Source: Acidobacteriota bacterium (GTDB lineage: Bacteria; Acidobacteriota; Thermoanaerobaculia; Gp7-AA8). Taken from it: a stretch of 52,830 bases of DNA. Where the stretch lies: NCBI GenBank assembly GCA_025463165.1, contig JAOBAU010000113.1, positions 1 to 52,830 on the forward strand, given 5' to 3'. The notes under the pieces were generated by a model. That model was given only the letters and a program-made list of their open reading frames with translations. It did not search any database and was not told the DNA's origin. Position numbers and translations under genes: made by a program. Of the stretch, positions 8,450 to 15,854 are shown piece by piece; the stretch's first letter is position 1, and every line of letters starts with the position of its first letter.

Positions 8450-8800
8450 TTGAACATCATCAAAAACCGCGTCAGTGACGTCACAGTGCTGGACATCCAG
8501 GGTGTGATCAAGCTCGGAGAGAGCGCCCGCGAGTTCTCGAGCTATCTCGAGAAAGTCCTCAATGACGAGACCGGTCCGGTGATGATCAACTTCGAAGCGA
8601 TCAACTACATGGACTCGACCGGCCTCGGCGAGCTCATCGGTTACCTGCAGAAGTTCGAAGACCGCCAGCGCAAGATGGCGCTAGTGAAACCGTCGCACCG
8701 AATCCTCGCCCACCTTAAGATCACGAAGCTGGATACCGTCTTCAAGATCTTCGATTCGCGCGAGACGGCGATGGCCTATCTGACGGATACGGCGGCTTAA
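8450..8800 (+). CDS. STAS-domain anti-sigma factor antagonist
   Basis: C-terminal part of ORF 8048..8800; INYMDSTGLGELI, LKITKLDTVF; TTG 8450 with AAGGAG upstream. Confidence 0.88.
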   Translation: MNIIKNRVSDVTVLDIQGVIKLGESAREFSSYLEKVLNDETGPVMINFEAINYMDSTGLGELIGYLQKFEDRQRKMALVKPSHRILAHLKITKLDTVFKIFDSRETAMAYLTDTAA

Positions 8801-8812
8801 TCAGGCGAACAA

Positions 8813-8901
8813 GGTGCTGAGTGCAAAGTGCTGAGTGCTGAGTCAAAGCACTCGGTTCTTTCGTTCTCCGACTCAGCACTCTGCACTCAGCACTCTGCAC
8901 C
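8813..8901. repeat. Heptamer-array palindrome B
   Basis: GGTGCT GAGTGCA AAGTGCT GAGTGCT GAGTC - 25 nt - GACTC AGCACTC TGCACTC AGCACTC TGCACC. Confidence 0.95.
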
Positions 8902-8961
8902 GTTGCGAAGCAACGCGTTTCCCGTTAGCATTCGCGCCCGCAGCGCAGCCACAACCGCGTT

Positions 8962-9333
8962 ATGACACACACCTTCATCCCCGTCTTAATCATGCTGATC
9001 GTCGCTCTCGGCGTCGGCGTGGTCATTCTTTCGCTGAACCGGGTCGTGGGACGGCATCAGCGCAATCCTTCGAAAGCGGCTCCGTACGAGAGCGGCGTGC
9101 CGCTTCTCGATACGAACCGCAAGCGCGTCAACGTCCGCTTCTACCAGATCGCGATGCTGTTCATTCTGTTCGACATCGAAGCCGCCTTTCTCTATCCGTG
9201 GGCGGTGATTTATCGCGACGCCAGCCACGGCAACGCCGGGATGTTCCTCTTCGGCGAAATGCTCGTCTTCATCCTTCTCCTCGGCGTCGGCTACGTCTAC
9301 GTCTGGAAGAAGAAGGCGTTCGACTGGAAGTGA
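8962..9333 (+). CDS. nuoA: NADH-quinone oxidoreductase subunit A
   Basis: PYESG, RFYQIAMLFILFDIEAAFLYPWA, C-terminal WKKKAFDW. Confidence 0.96.
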   Translation: MTHTFIPVLIMLIVALGVGVVILSLNRVVGRHQRNPSKAAPYESGVPLLDTNRKRVNVRFYQIAMLFILFDIEAAFLYPWAVIYRDASHGNAGMFLFGEMLVFILLLGVGYVYVWKKKAFDWK

Positions 9334-9342
9334 ATCCAACCA

Positions 9343-9873
9343 ATGGCTGATCTGCATCCCGACAATCCGTACGCAAAAGACCGCTTCCCCGATCGCGCGA
9401 AGCAGGTCGAGTTTCCGCCCGAGCACAAGGCGCGCTTCGAGCATCTGCTGACTCGCTATCCGACCAAAGAGGCATGCCTGCTGCCGACGCTGCATCTCGC
9501 GCAGGAAGTGTGGGGCTGGATCTCGCCGGAGGTCGTGCACTACGTCGGATCGCTGCTCGATCTCTCGCCGGCGCAGGTCTTCGGCGTCGTCTCGTTCTAC
9601 AACATGTACAACCAGAAACCTGTGGGGAAGTATCACCTGCAGGTCTGCACGAATCTCAGCTGCATGGTCTCGAATGCGTACGACATCTACGACCATCTCT
9701 GCGACCGCCTGAAGATCAATCCGGGCGAGACGACGAAGGACGGTCTCTACACCGTCGTCGAAGTCGAATGCCTCGGCTCGTGCGGCACCGCTCCCGTCGT
9801 GCAGATCAACAACGACTATCACGAGAACATGGACGTGGCGAAGATGGACGCGCTGCTGCCGACACTGAAATGA
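9343..9873 (+). CDS. nuoE: NADH-quinone oxidoreductase subunit E
   Basis: RYP...LLPTLHLAQ, VSFYNMY, CTNLSC...ECLGSC 2Fe-2S ligands. Confidence 0.96.
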   Translation: MADLHPDNPYAKDRFPDRAKQVEFPPEHKARFEHLLTRYPTKEACLLPTLHLAQEVWGWISPEVVHYVGSLLDLSPAQVFGVVSFYNMYNQKPVGKYHLQVCTNLSCMVSNAYDIYDHLCDRLKINPGETTKDGLYTVVEVECLGSCGTAPVVQINNDYHENMDVAKMDALLPTLK

Positions 9874-11174
9874 CCGAGCCGATCAAAGTTCTCACCGCCA
9901 ACATCGACAAGCCGAACTCGGCGTCGATCGAGACATACGGCGACTACGCCGCGGCGCGCAAAGCGCTGGCGATGAAGCCGGAAGACGTCGTCACGCTCGT
10001 GAAAGATTCGGAGCTCCGCGGTCGCGGCGGCGCCGGCTTCCCGACCGGCATGAAGTGGTCGTTCGTGCCGAAGAACGCGCCGAAGCCGACGTATCTCCTC
10101 TGCAATGCGGACGAGTCGGAGCCGGGCACGTTCAAAGATCGCGTCCTCATCGAGCAGGATCCGCATCTGTTGCTCGAAGGGATGCTCATCGCCGCGTACG
10201 CGATCGGCTCCTGCCCGATGGGCTACATCTACATTCGCGGCGAGTTCTATTTTGGCGCCACCGTCCTCGACAAAGCACTCGAAGAAGCGCGCGCCAAAGG
10301 CTTCCTCGGCAAAAACATTTTCGGCACCGGCTTCGACTTCGACATGACCGTGCACCGCGGTGCCGGCGCGTACATCTGCGGTGAAGAAACGGGACTGATC
10401 GAATCGGTCGAAGGTCATCGCGGACAGCCGCGTGTGAAGCCGCCGTTCCCCGCGGTCGTCGGCGTCTTCGGCGGACCGACCGTCGTCAACAATGTTGAGA
10501 CGCTCGCCTGCGTGCCACTAATCGTGAAGAACGGCGCGGAGTGGTTCAAAGGATTCGGCACGCCGAAGAACACCGGGCCGAAGCTCTACTGCGTCTCCGG
10601 CAACGTGAAGAAGCCGGGCGTCTACGAGTTCCCGATGGGCATCAATCTGAAGGAACTGATTTACGACCACTGCGGCGGCATCACCGGCGATCGCAAACTG
10701 AAAGCGGTCATCCCGGGCGGTGCTTCGGCGCCGATGCTGCTCCCTGATGAGATCGATCTGCCGCTCAACTTCGACGCGGTGATGAAAGCCGGCTCGATGC
10801 TCGGCTCTGCCGGAATCATCGTGCTCGACGAATCCGTCTGCATCGTCGACGCCGTGTGGCGTCTCGCGAAGTTTTTCGCGCATGAGTCGTGCGGTCAATG
10901 CACGCCGTGCCGCGAAGGAACGAACTGGCTGGAGTCAATCCTCGATCGTCTCGAGCGGGGAGAAGGACGTCCGCAGGATGCCGATCTGCTGCTCGACATG
11001 TCGGACAACATCGGCGGCAAATCGCTCTGCGCGCTCGGCGATGCGGCCATCGGCCCGGTGATCTCGAGCGTGAGGAAGTTCCGCGACGAATACGTCTATC
11101 ACGTGACGCACAAGTCGTGTCTGCCAGGCACACGCCGCTATCGCAGACTCGACATGCCGGTCGCCGCACACTGA
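9870..11174 (+). CDS. nuoF: NADH-quinone oxidoreductase subunit F
   Basis: LRGRGGAGFPTGMKW, NADESEPGTFKDR, GAGAYICGEETGL, ESCGQCTPCREG, CALGD; ATG 9870 overlaps nuoE stop. Confidence 0.97.
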   Translation: MTEPIKVLTANIDKPNSASIETYGDYAAARKALAMKPEDVVTLVKDSELRGRGGAGFPTGMKWSFVPKNAPKPTYLLCNADESEPGTFKDRVLIEQDPHLLLEGMLIAAYAIGSCPMGYIYIRGEFYFGATVLDKALEEARAKGFLGKNIFGTGFDFDMTVHRGAGAYICGEETGLIESVEGHRGQPRVKPPFPAVVGVFGGPTVVNNVETLACVPLIVKNGAEWFKGFGTPKNTGPKLYCVSGNVKKPGVYEFPMGINLKELIYDHCGGITGDRKLKAVIPGGASAPMLLPDEIDLPLNFDAVMKAGSMLGSAGIIVLDESVCIVDAVWRLAKFFAHESCGQCTPCREGTNWLESILDRLERGEGRPQDADLLLDMSDNIGGKSLCALGDAAIGPVISSVRKFRDEYVYHVTHKSCLPGTRRYRRLDMPVAAH

Positions 11175-11176
11175 CG

Positions 11177-11196
11177 ACGGCGCGACGTCGCGCCGT
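11177..11196. terminator. Perfect 20-bp palindrome just after nuoF stop (possible terminator or stabilising hairpin)
   Basis: ACGGCGCGAC/GTCGCGCCGT; only a short T tail. Confidence 0.5.
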
Positions 11197-11217
11197 TCAC
11201 GTCCGTATCTTCCCCGT

Positions 11218-13407
11218 ATGCCCCGGATCCTCTTCGCTCTCCTCTTCCTCGCCACCGCCGCTTACGCCGATACCGCCGACGTTTCCGTCGCGCTCAACAC
11301 GGTCCCGAGCGTCGTCACCGGCGGGCTCTATCCGGTCACGGTCTCGCTGCACAACGCCGGACCTGACGCCGCGGCCGGCGCACGCGTCCGCATCGAAATG
11401 ACGGATCGACGATTCGTGCCGCTCGACAAATATCCGAGCTGTCTCGTTGATGGCGACGCCATCCTTTGTTACGCATACGACTTCGCGGCAGGAGAGACGC
11501 GCGACTTCGCGCTGACGTTCACCGCGCACGACTCGCCAACGCCGATTTCCATTCGCGCGACGGCGATCACGACGAACGATCCGAATCCGGCGAACGACTC
11601 CGCCGGCGCAACCGTCAACGTCTTCGCCGCCGTCGATCTGCATCTCTCCGTCGACGTCTATCCGAGTCTGCAGCCGCGTCAACAGAGTCAGGTGCGATTC
11701 GACGTCCGCAATTTGTCGTCGACGCCGGCCGGACCGTTCAGCGCTCTCTTCACCTTTCCGGCGACGCTGACGGTGACGAGCTTTCCCGATCACTGCGATC
11801 AACTCGATTCGGCAAACTACCGATGCGATTTCGCCGGTCTGTCGTTCGGCATCGTCGCCGCCGCGTTTCAGGTCGTGCCCGATGACGGCAGTCATTCGGC
11901 GACGGTGAGCGGGTCGGTCGATTTCAACGGCGACGCCAACCCGTCCGACAATCGCGTGACGCTCGACGTGCCGGTGTATGACGTCGCGCAGCTGGTGGCG
12001 TCGATCACCTCGCCCGATCGGCTCGACGAATCGCGCACCGCCGCCATTCGCTATCACATCGAAAACAGGTCCGACGTTGCCGCGACGAACGTCGTCGTCG
12101 AGACGTTCGCCGGCTTCACTTCGACGATCGCCGGTTTCACCGCCGATGGCTGGTCGTGCGTGCCGAAAGGGAGCGAGCCCGGTCTGCGCTGTACCACGCC
12201 GACGCTCGCGCCGCGCGAAGCGCGCGACATCGTAATGAACGTCCTCTTCCCGACGCGCGAGCTGCGCGCGCAACTCTTCGCGAGCGTGACGCAAACGACG
12301 CCGGCCGAGTTTCGCGCTCTGCCGAACTTCACCACGGTGAACGGCGTCTTCTATCGCGTCTTCAACGTCACGAATGCGCTCGACCTCGGCGCCGGCTCGC
12401 TGCGCGCGGCCATCGACGCCGCGAACGCGCAATGCGGCAACGATCAGCTCAACATCCCATGCAAGGTCGCGTTCCAGGGCTCGCTCACGATCGCGCCACG
12501 CTCGCCGCTGCCGATCGTCACCGCTCCCGACTTCGCGATCGATGGCGCAGCGCAAACGTTCATCGACGGCGCGCTCGCCGGCGACACTGACGGGCTGCAC
12601 ATCAACTCGACGATCGCCGACGTACGAGGCCTCGCCATCCGCAATTTCGCACGCAACGGTCTGCTGCTCGAACGCGGAACCGCGCAGGTTCCGACGCCGA
12701 ATCAGGAGCAGCGCATCGTGCAGAATCTCCTCACCGTCAACGGCCTGCGCGGGCTGATGGCGCTCCGCTTCCAGGGCACGATCGCCGCGAACATCATCGG
12801 CAACAACGCGCGCAGCGCGATCTTTCTCTATCCCGCAACGAATACGACGATCCGCGACAACCGCATCGGCGTCGCGGCGGACGACTCGCCGCTGCCGAAC
12901 GGCGCGAGCGGCATCTTCATCGGACCGCAGTCGAACAACATCACGATCGAGAACAACGTCATCGCCAACAACAGCGACTTCGGCATCGCCGTCGCGCGTC
13001 CGGTGACGATCAACATCGCCGCGAATCGCTTCATCAACAGCGGACAGCGCGCCATCGACGTCGGCCTCGATGGTCCATCGCCCTCCGAACAGACCGCGCC
13101 CGCGCCGTCGATCCTTTCCGCTCGGTACGACGCCTCGAGCGGCGACACGATCATCGAAGGCTCCGGCGTCGCGCGCGCCTATCCGCGGCGCGAAACGCTC
13201 TACCTCTACGCGAACGCCGCCGACGTCGCGGAAGGACATCGCTTCCTCGGCACCACGACGGTCGATCGCGACGGCCGCTTCGTCTTCCGCGTACACGACG
13301 ATCTGCGCGGAACGTTCGTCGCTGCCGCCGGCGTGATCCTCACTGACTTCGGCGACATCGCCTGGCGGAACTCGACGGAGCTCAGCGCGCGGCTGCGAGT
13401 GGACTGA
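11218..13407 (+). CDS. Secreted protein with DUF11-like Ig domains and C-terminal right-handed beta-helix
   Basis: Signal peptide; HNAGPDAA, DPNPAND, DANPSDN motifs; VTNALDLGAGSLRAAI; Asn-rich IRDNRIG/IENNVIANN repeats. Confidence 0.75.
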   Translation: MPRILFALLFLATAAYADTADVSVALNTVPSVVTGGLYPVTVSLHNAGPDAAAGARVRIEMTDRRFVPLDKYPSCLVDGDAILCYAYDFAAGETRDFALTFTAHDSPTPISIRATAITTNDPNPANDSAGATVNVFAAVDLHLSVDVYPSLQPRQQSQVRFDVRNLSSTPAGPFSALFTFPATLTVTSFPDHCDQLDSANYRCDFAGLSFGIVAAAFQVVPDDGSHSATVSGSVDFNGDANPSDNRVTLDVPVYDVAQLVASITSPDRLDESRTAAIRYHIENRSDVAATNVVVETFAGFTSTIAGFTADGWSCVPKGSEPGLRCTTPTLAPREARDIVMNVLFPTRELRAQLFASVTQTTPAEFRALPNFTTVNGVFYRVFNVTNALDLGAGSLRAAIDAANAQCGNDQLNIPCKVAFQGSLTIAPRSPLPIVTAPDFAIDGAAQTFIDGALAGDTDGLHINSTIADVRGLAIRNFARNGLLLERGTAQVPTPNQEQRIVQNLLTVNGLRGLMALRFQGTIAANIIGNNARSAIFLYPATNTTIRDNRIGVAADDSPLPNGASGIFIGPQSNNITIENNVIANNSDFGIAVARPVTINIAANRFINSGQRAIDVGLDGPSPSEQTAPAPSILSARYDASSGDTIIEGSGVARAYPRRETLYLYANAADVAEGHRFLGTTTVDRDGRFVFRVHDDLRGTFVAAAGVILTDFGDIAWRNSTELSARLRVD

Positions 13408-13459
13408 CGCCGGGGGCGTATCATTGAGGCCTTTCCCGCGCTCGTGACGGAGGGTCTGC

Positions 13460-14014
13460 ATGCAGGAAGTGCACGTCAAGGCAGTTCCGGTGAATGGGCT
13501 TTGTCAGTTCGTCGCGCAGGAGCTGACTCCCGAGCAGCTTCGCGCCGCGACCGAGAAGATGGGAGCGGACAGCCGGTGGTTCACCGGACATCTCCTCGCG
13601 CACGAGATGGTTCCGCTGGCGCTCGTGAATCGCTTCACCGCGCTCTGTGCCGCGGAAAAGAAAGAACCGGTGCGGCAGTTCGCGAAACGCGCCGGCCGCT
13701 TCGGCGCGGCGCTCGGCGTGAAGAGCGTCTACAAGTTCATCCTCGCCGTGCTGTCGATCGAGTACGTGTTGAAGAAGGCGCCGTTCATGTGGACGCGCGT
13801 CTACGACGGCGGCACGATGGACGTCGACGCGACGGACAAACACGCGCGCATTCGCATCAGAGATTTTCCCGCGCACGAGGCCGGCTGCGGCCGCATCACC
13901 GGCTGGTTCGAAGTCGTCGGCGAGCGCGCCGGGGCGAAGGACCTTCGCTGTTCTCACACGTCGTGCGCCGCCGAAGGCGCTACCGAATGCGTTTGGGACT
14001 TCGAATGGCGATGA
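13460..14014 (+). CDS. Hypothetical V4R/HNOX-like ligand-binding protein
   Basis: C-terminal GCGRITGW...SHTSCAAEGATECVWDFEW resembles V4R; GGAGG upstream. Confidence 0.55.
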   Translation: MQEVHVKAVPVNGLCQFVAQELTPEQLRAATEKMGADSRWFTGHLLAHEMVPLALVNRFTALCAAEKKEPVRQFAKRAGRFGAALGVKSVYKFILAVLSIEYVLKKAPFMWTRVYDGGTMDVDATDKHARIRIRDFPAHEAGCGRITGWFEVVGERAGAKDLRCSHTSCAAEGATECVWDFEWR

Positions 14015-14019
14015 CCCTT

Positions 14020-14101
14020 CGGTGCTGAGTGCTGAGTCCGTCGAAAACTGTCACGCAGTGTTTGCTTCGACGCAGCACTCAGCACTCGGCACTCGGCACC
14101 G
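14020..14101. repeat. Heptamer-array palindrome C with internal CGTCGAA/TTCGACG stem
   Basis: CGGTGCT GAGTGCT GAGTC ... AGCACTC AGCACTC GGCACTC GGCACCG. Confidence 0.9.
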
Positions 14102-14135
14102 GTTGCGCTAGTCTTTCCGGCCGGGGGTTTCTCGT

Positions 14136-14591
14136 ATGAAGAAGTACGTGTGGGCGTTGTCGCTCGTCCTTGCAACCGCGTGCGCCGCCATCAATGCGCA
14201 AAAAGCGCAGGCGGTGCGCGCCGATACCGGCGAGTTCCACAATCTCAAAGTCCTGCCGCAGAACATCACACGCGATCAGCTCATCGCCACGATGCGTTCG
14301 TTCACCCGCTCGCTCGGCGTGAAGTGCGATCACTGTCACGTCGCCAATCCGGAAGGGGCGAAGGAACACTTCGATTTTCCGAATGATGCGAAGCCTGAAA
14401 AGAATGTCGCACGCGTGATGCTGCGCATGACGAAGCAGATCAACGCCGACTACATCGACAAGATCAACGAGCAGGGAACGAACGTCACCTGCTATACGTG
14501 CCATCGCGGCCAGGTCACGCCGGAATCATCATTGCCGCCGCTTCCCGCGGGTCAGGGACAGGGCGCACCACCTCCGCAACCTCACGGTTGA
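14136..14591 (+). CDS. Periplasmic dihaem cytochrome c (short reaction-centre-cytochrome-like family)
   Basis: Signal peptide; NLKVL, SLGVKCDHCH, ARVMLRMTKQIN, VTCYTCHRG. Confidence 0.85.
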   Translation: MKKYVWALSLVLATACAAINAQKAQAVRADTGEFHNLKVLPQNITRDQLIATMRSFTRSLGVKCDHCHVANPEGAKEHFDFPNDAKPEKNVARVMLRMTKQINADYIDKINEQGTNVTCYTCHRGQVTPESSLPPLPAGQGQGAPPPQPHG

Positions 14592-14612
14592 TCGCTGCAA
14601 ATCGGGCGTAGA

Positions 14613-14638
14613 ATTCGTGCTCCTGATCGAGCACGAAT
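14613..14638. promoter_or_regulatory. 10-bp inverted repeat spanning from the -10 box to the sigma-factor start codon
   Basis: ATTCGTGCTC-CTGATC-GAGCACGAAT, overlapping TAGAAT (14609-14614) and ATG (14637). Confidence 0.5.
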
Positions 14639-15812
14639 GGCCCGTTACGAAGAACGCGATGACTCGTACGATCTCCTGAATCAATATCTTCAGGAGATCG
14701 CACGAATCCCGCGCCTCACACCCGAGCGCGAGCGCGAGCTCGGTCAGCGCGTGCAGCAGGAGAACGACAAAGCCGCGCTCGAAGAGCTGGTGAAATCGAA
14801 TCTCCGCTTCGTCGTCTCGTACGCGAAACGCTATCGCAACGCGCACGTCCTCTTCCTCGATCTGATCAACGAAGGCAACATCGGGTTGATCCACGCCGCG
14901 CGGAAATTCGATCCCGACAAGAACGTGAAGTTCATCACGTACGCGGTCTGGTGGATTCGCCAGTCGATCCTGCACGCGTTGTCGGAACAGGGCGGCGCGT
15001 TCCGTCTGCCGCCGAAGCGCGCGAACCTGATGTACCGGCTCGAGAAAGCGATCGGCACCGCGATGACGGAAGGGAATCACATTCCGACGGCCGAGGAGCT
15101 GGCGGTGGAGCTGGGTGTGACGGTGAAGGAAGTGCAGACGCTGATGCACGCCAACGCCGACAACTTCTCATTGAATGCGGAGCTCGACGACGAATCGCAC
15201 ACCGAGCTCGCCGACGTCATCGAGCAGACCACGATTCCGTCTGCCGATTCGGAGATGCAGGCGCAGTCGCGGCGCGAAGAATTGCTCGCGCACATGGCGG
15301 AGCTGACGCCGAAAGAGCGGCTCGTGCTGACGCTGCGTCACGGCGTCAGCGACAACGTCCCGAAACGAATCAACGAGCTCGCCGCGTTTCTCAATCGCGA
15401 GCCGGCGAACATCGTGTCGGTGCTCGAAGCGGCCGAGCAGAAAGTGTGCGAGACGATCGCCATCACGCGCAGCGAGCTCGCGCAGTTGTTGCTCTACACG
15501 AATCCGAACGTCCGCGCCGCGCGCACGTTCTGGTCGGAGCTCGGCGACATCGCCGAAGGCGTCACGCCGCAGATCGACTTCGCGCGCGTCGGCCAGCTCG
15601 AGTCGCTGAAGCAGCACGGCTCGGTGCAGAAGACGATCGATGCGCTGACGCTCGAAGAACGGACGATCCTGAAACTGCGCTACGGCGTCCTGCAGGATGA
15701 CGAGCTGACGCTGCGCGACATCGGCGAGATTCTCGGTCTTTCGCGCGAGCGCGTGCGGCAGATCGAGTCGCGCGCCGAGCAGAAGTGCCGCCGCAGCGTG
15801 CGGCGCCGCTGA
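14637..15812 (+). CDS. RpoD/RpoS-family sigma-70 factor lacking region 1.1, with duplicated region 4
   Basis: YLQEI (1.2), SNLRFVVSYAKRY, DLINEGNIGL, KFITYAVWWIRQSI (2), PTAEELA (3), TLRDIGEILGLSRERVRQIE (4.2). Confidence 0.93.
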   Translation: MARYEERDDSYDLLNQYLQEIARIPRLTPERERELGQRVQQENDKAALEELVKSNLRFVVSYAKRYRNAHVLFLDLINEGNIGLIHAARKFDPDKNVKFITYAVWWIRQSILHALSEQGGAFRLPPKRANLMYRLEKAIGTAMTEGNHIPTAEELAVELGVTVKEVQTLMHANADNFSLNAELDDESHTELADVIEQTTIPSADSEMQAQSRREELLAHMAELTPKERLVLTLRHGVSDNVPKRINELAAFLNREPANIVSVLEAAEQKVCETIAITRSELAQLLLYTNPNVRAARTFWSELGDIAEGVTPQIDFARVGQLESLKQHGSVQKTIDALTLEERTILKLRYGVLQDDELTLRDIGEILGLSRERVRQIESRAEQKCRRSVRRR

Positions 15813-15854
15813 TTTGTCACAAGCGGAAGTGCTGTTCGTGACGTAACTAGTCGC

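Noticed and set aside
6924-8458. Identical TTGAACATC starts of the dehydrogenase and STAS genes
   Set aside because: Only 9 nt encoding a common M-N-I start; plausibly coincidence.
9474-9869. N-terminal extension of NuoF or nuoE-F fusion
   Set aside because: It is an alternate frame of nuoE; the NuoF-like sequence starts at ATG 9870 overlapping the nuoE stop.
5379-11217. Active invertible (phase-variable) segment controlling complex I
   Set aside because: No inverted repeats at the junctions, no recombinase, and the heptamer elements do not lie at the breakpoints.
14136-14591. Photosynthesis gene (pufC)
   Set aside because: It has only two haem motifs and no reaction-centre or bacteriochlorophyll genes accompany it; short homologues occur in non-phototrophs.
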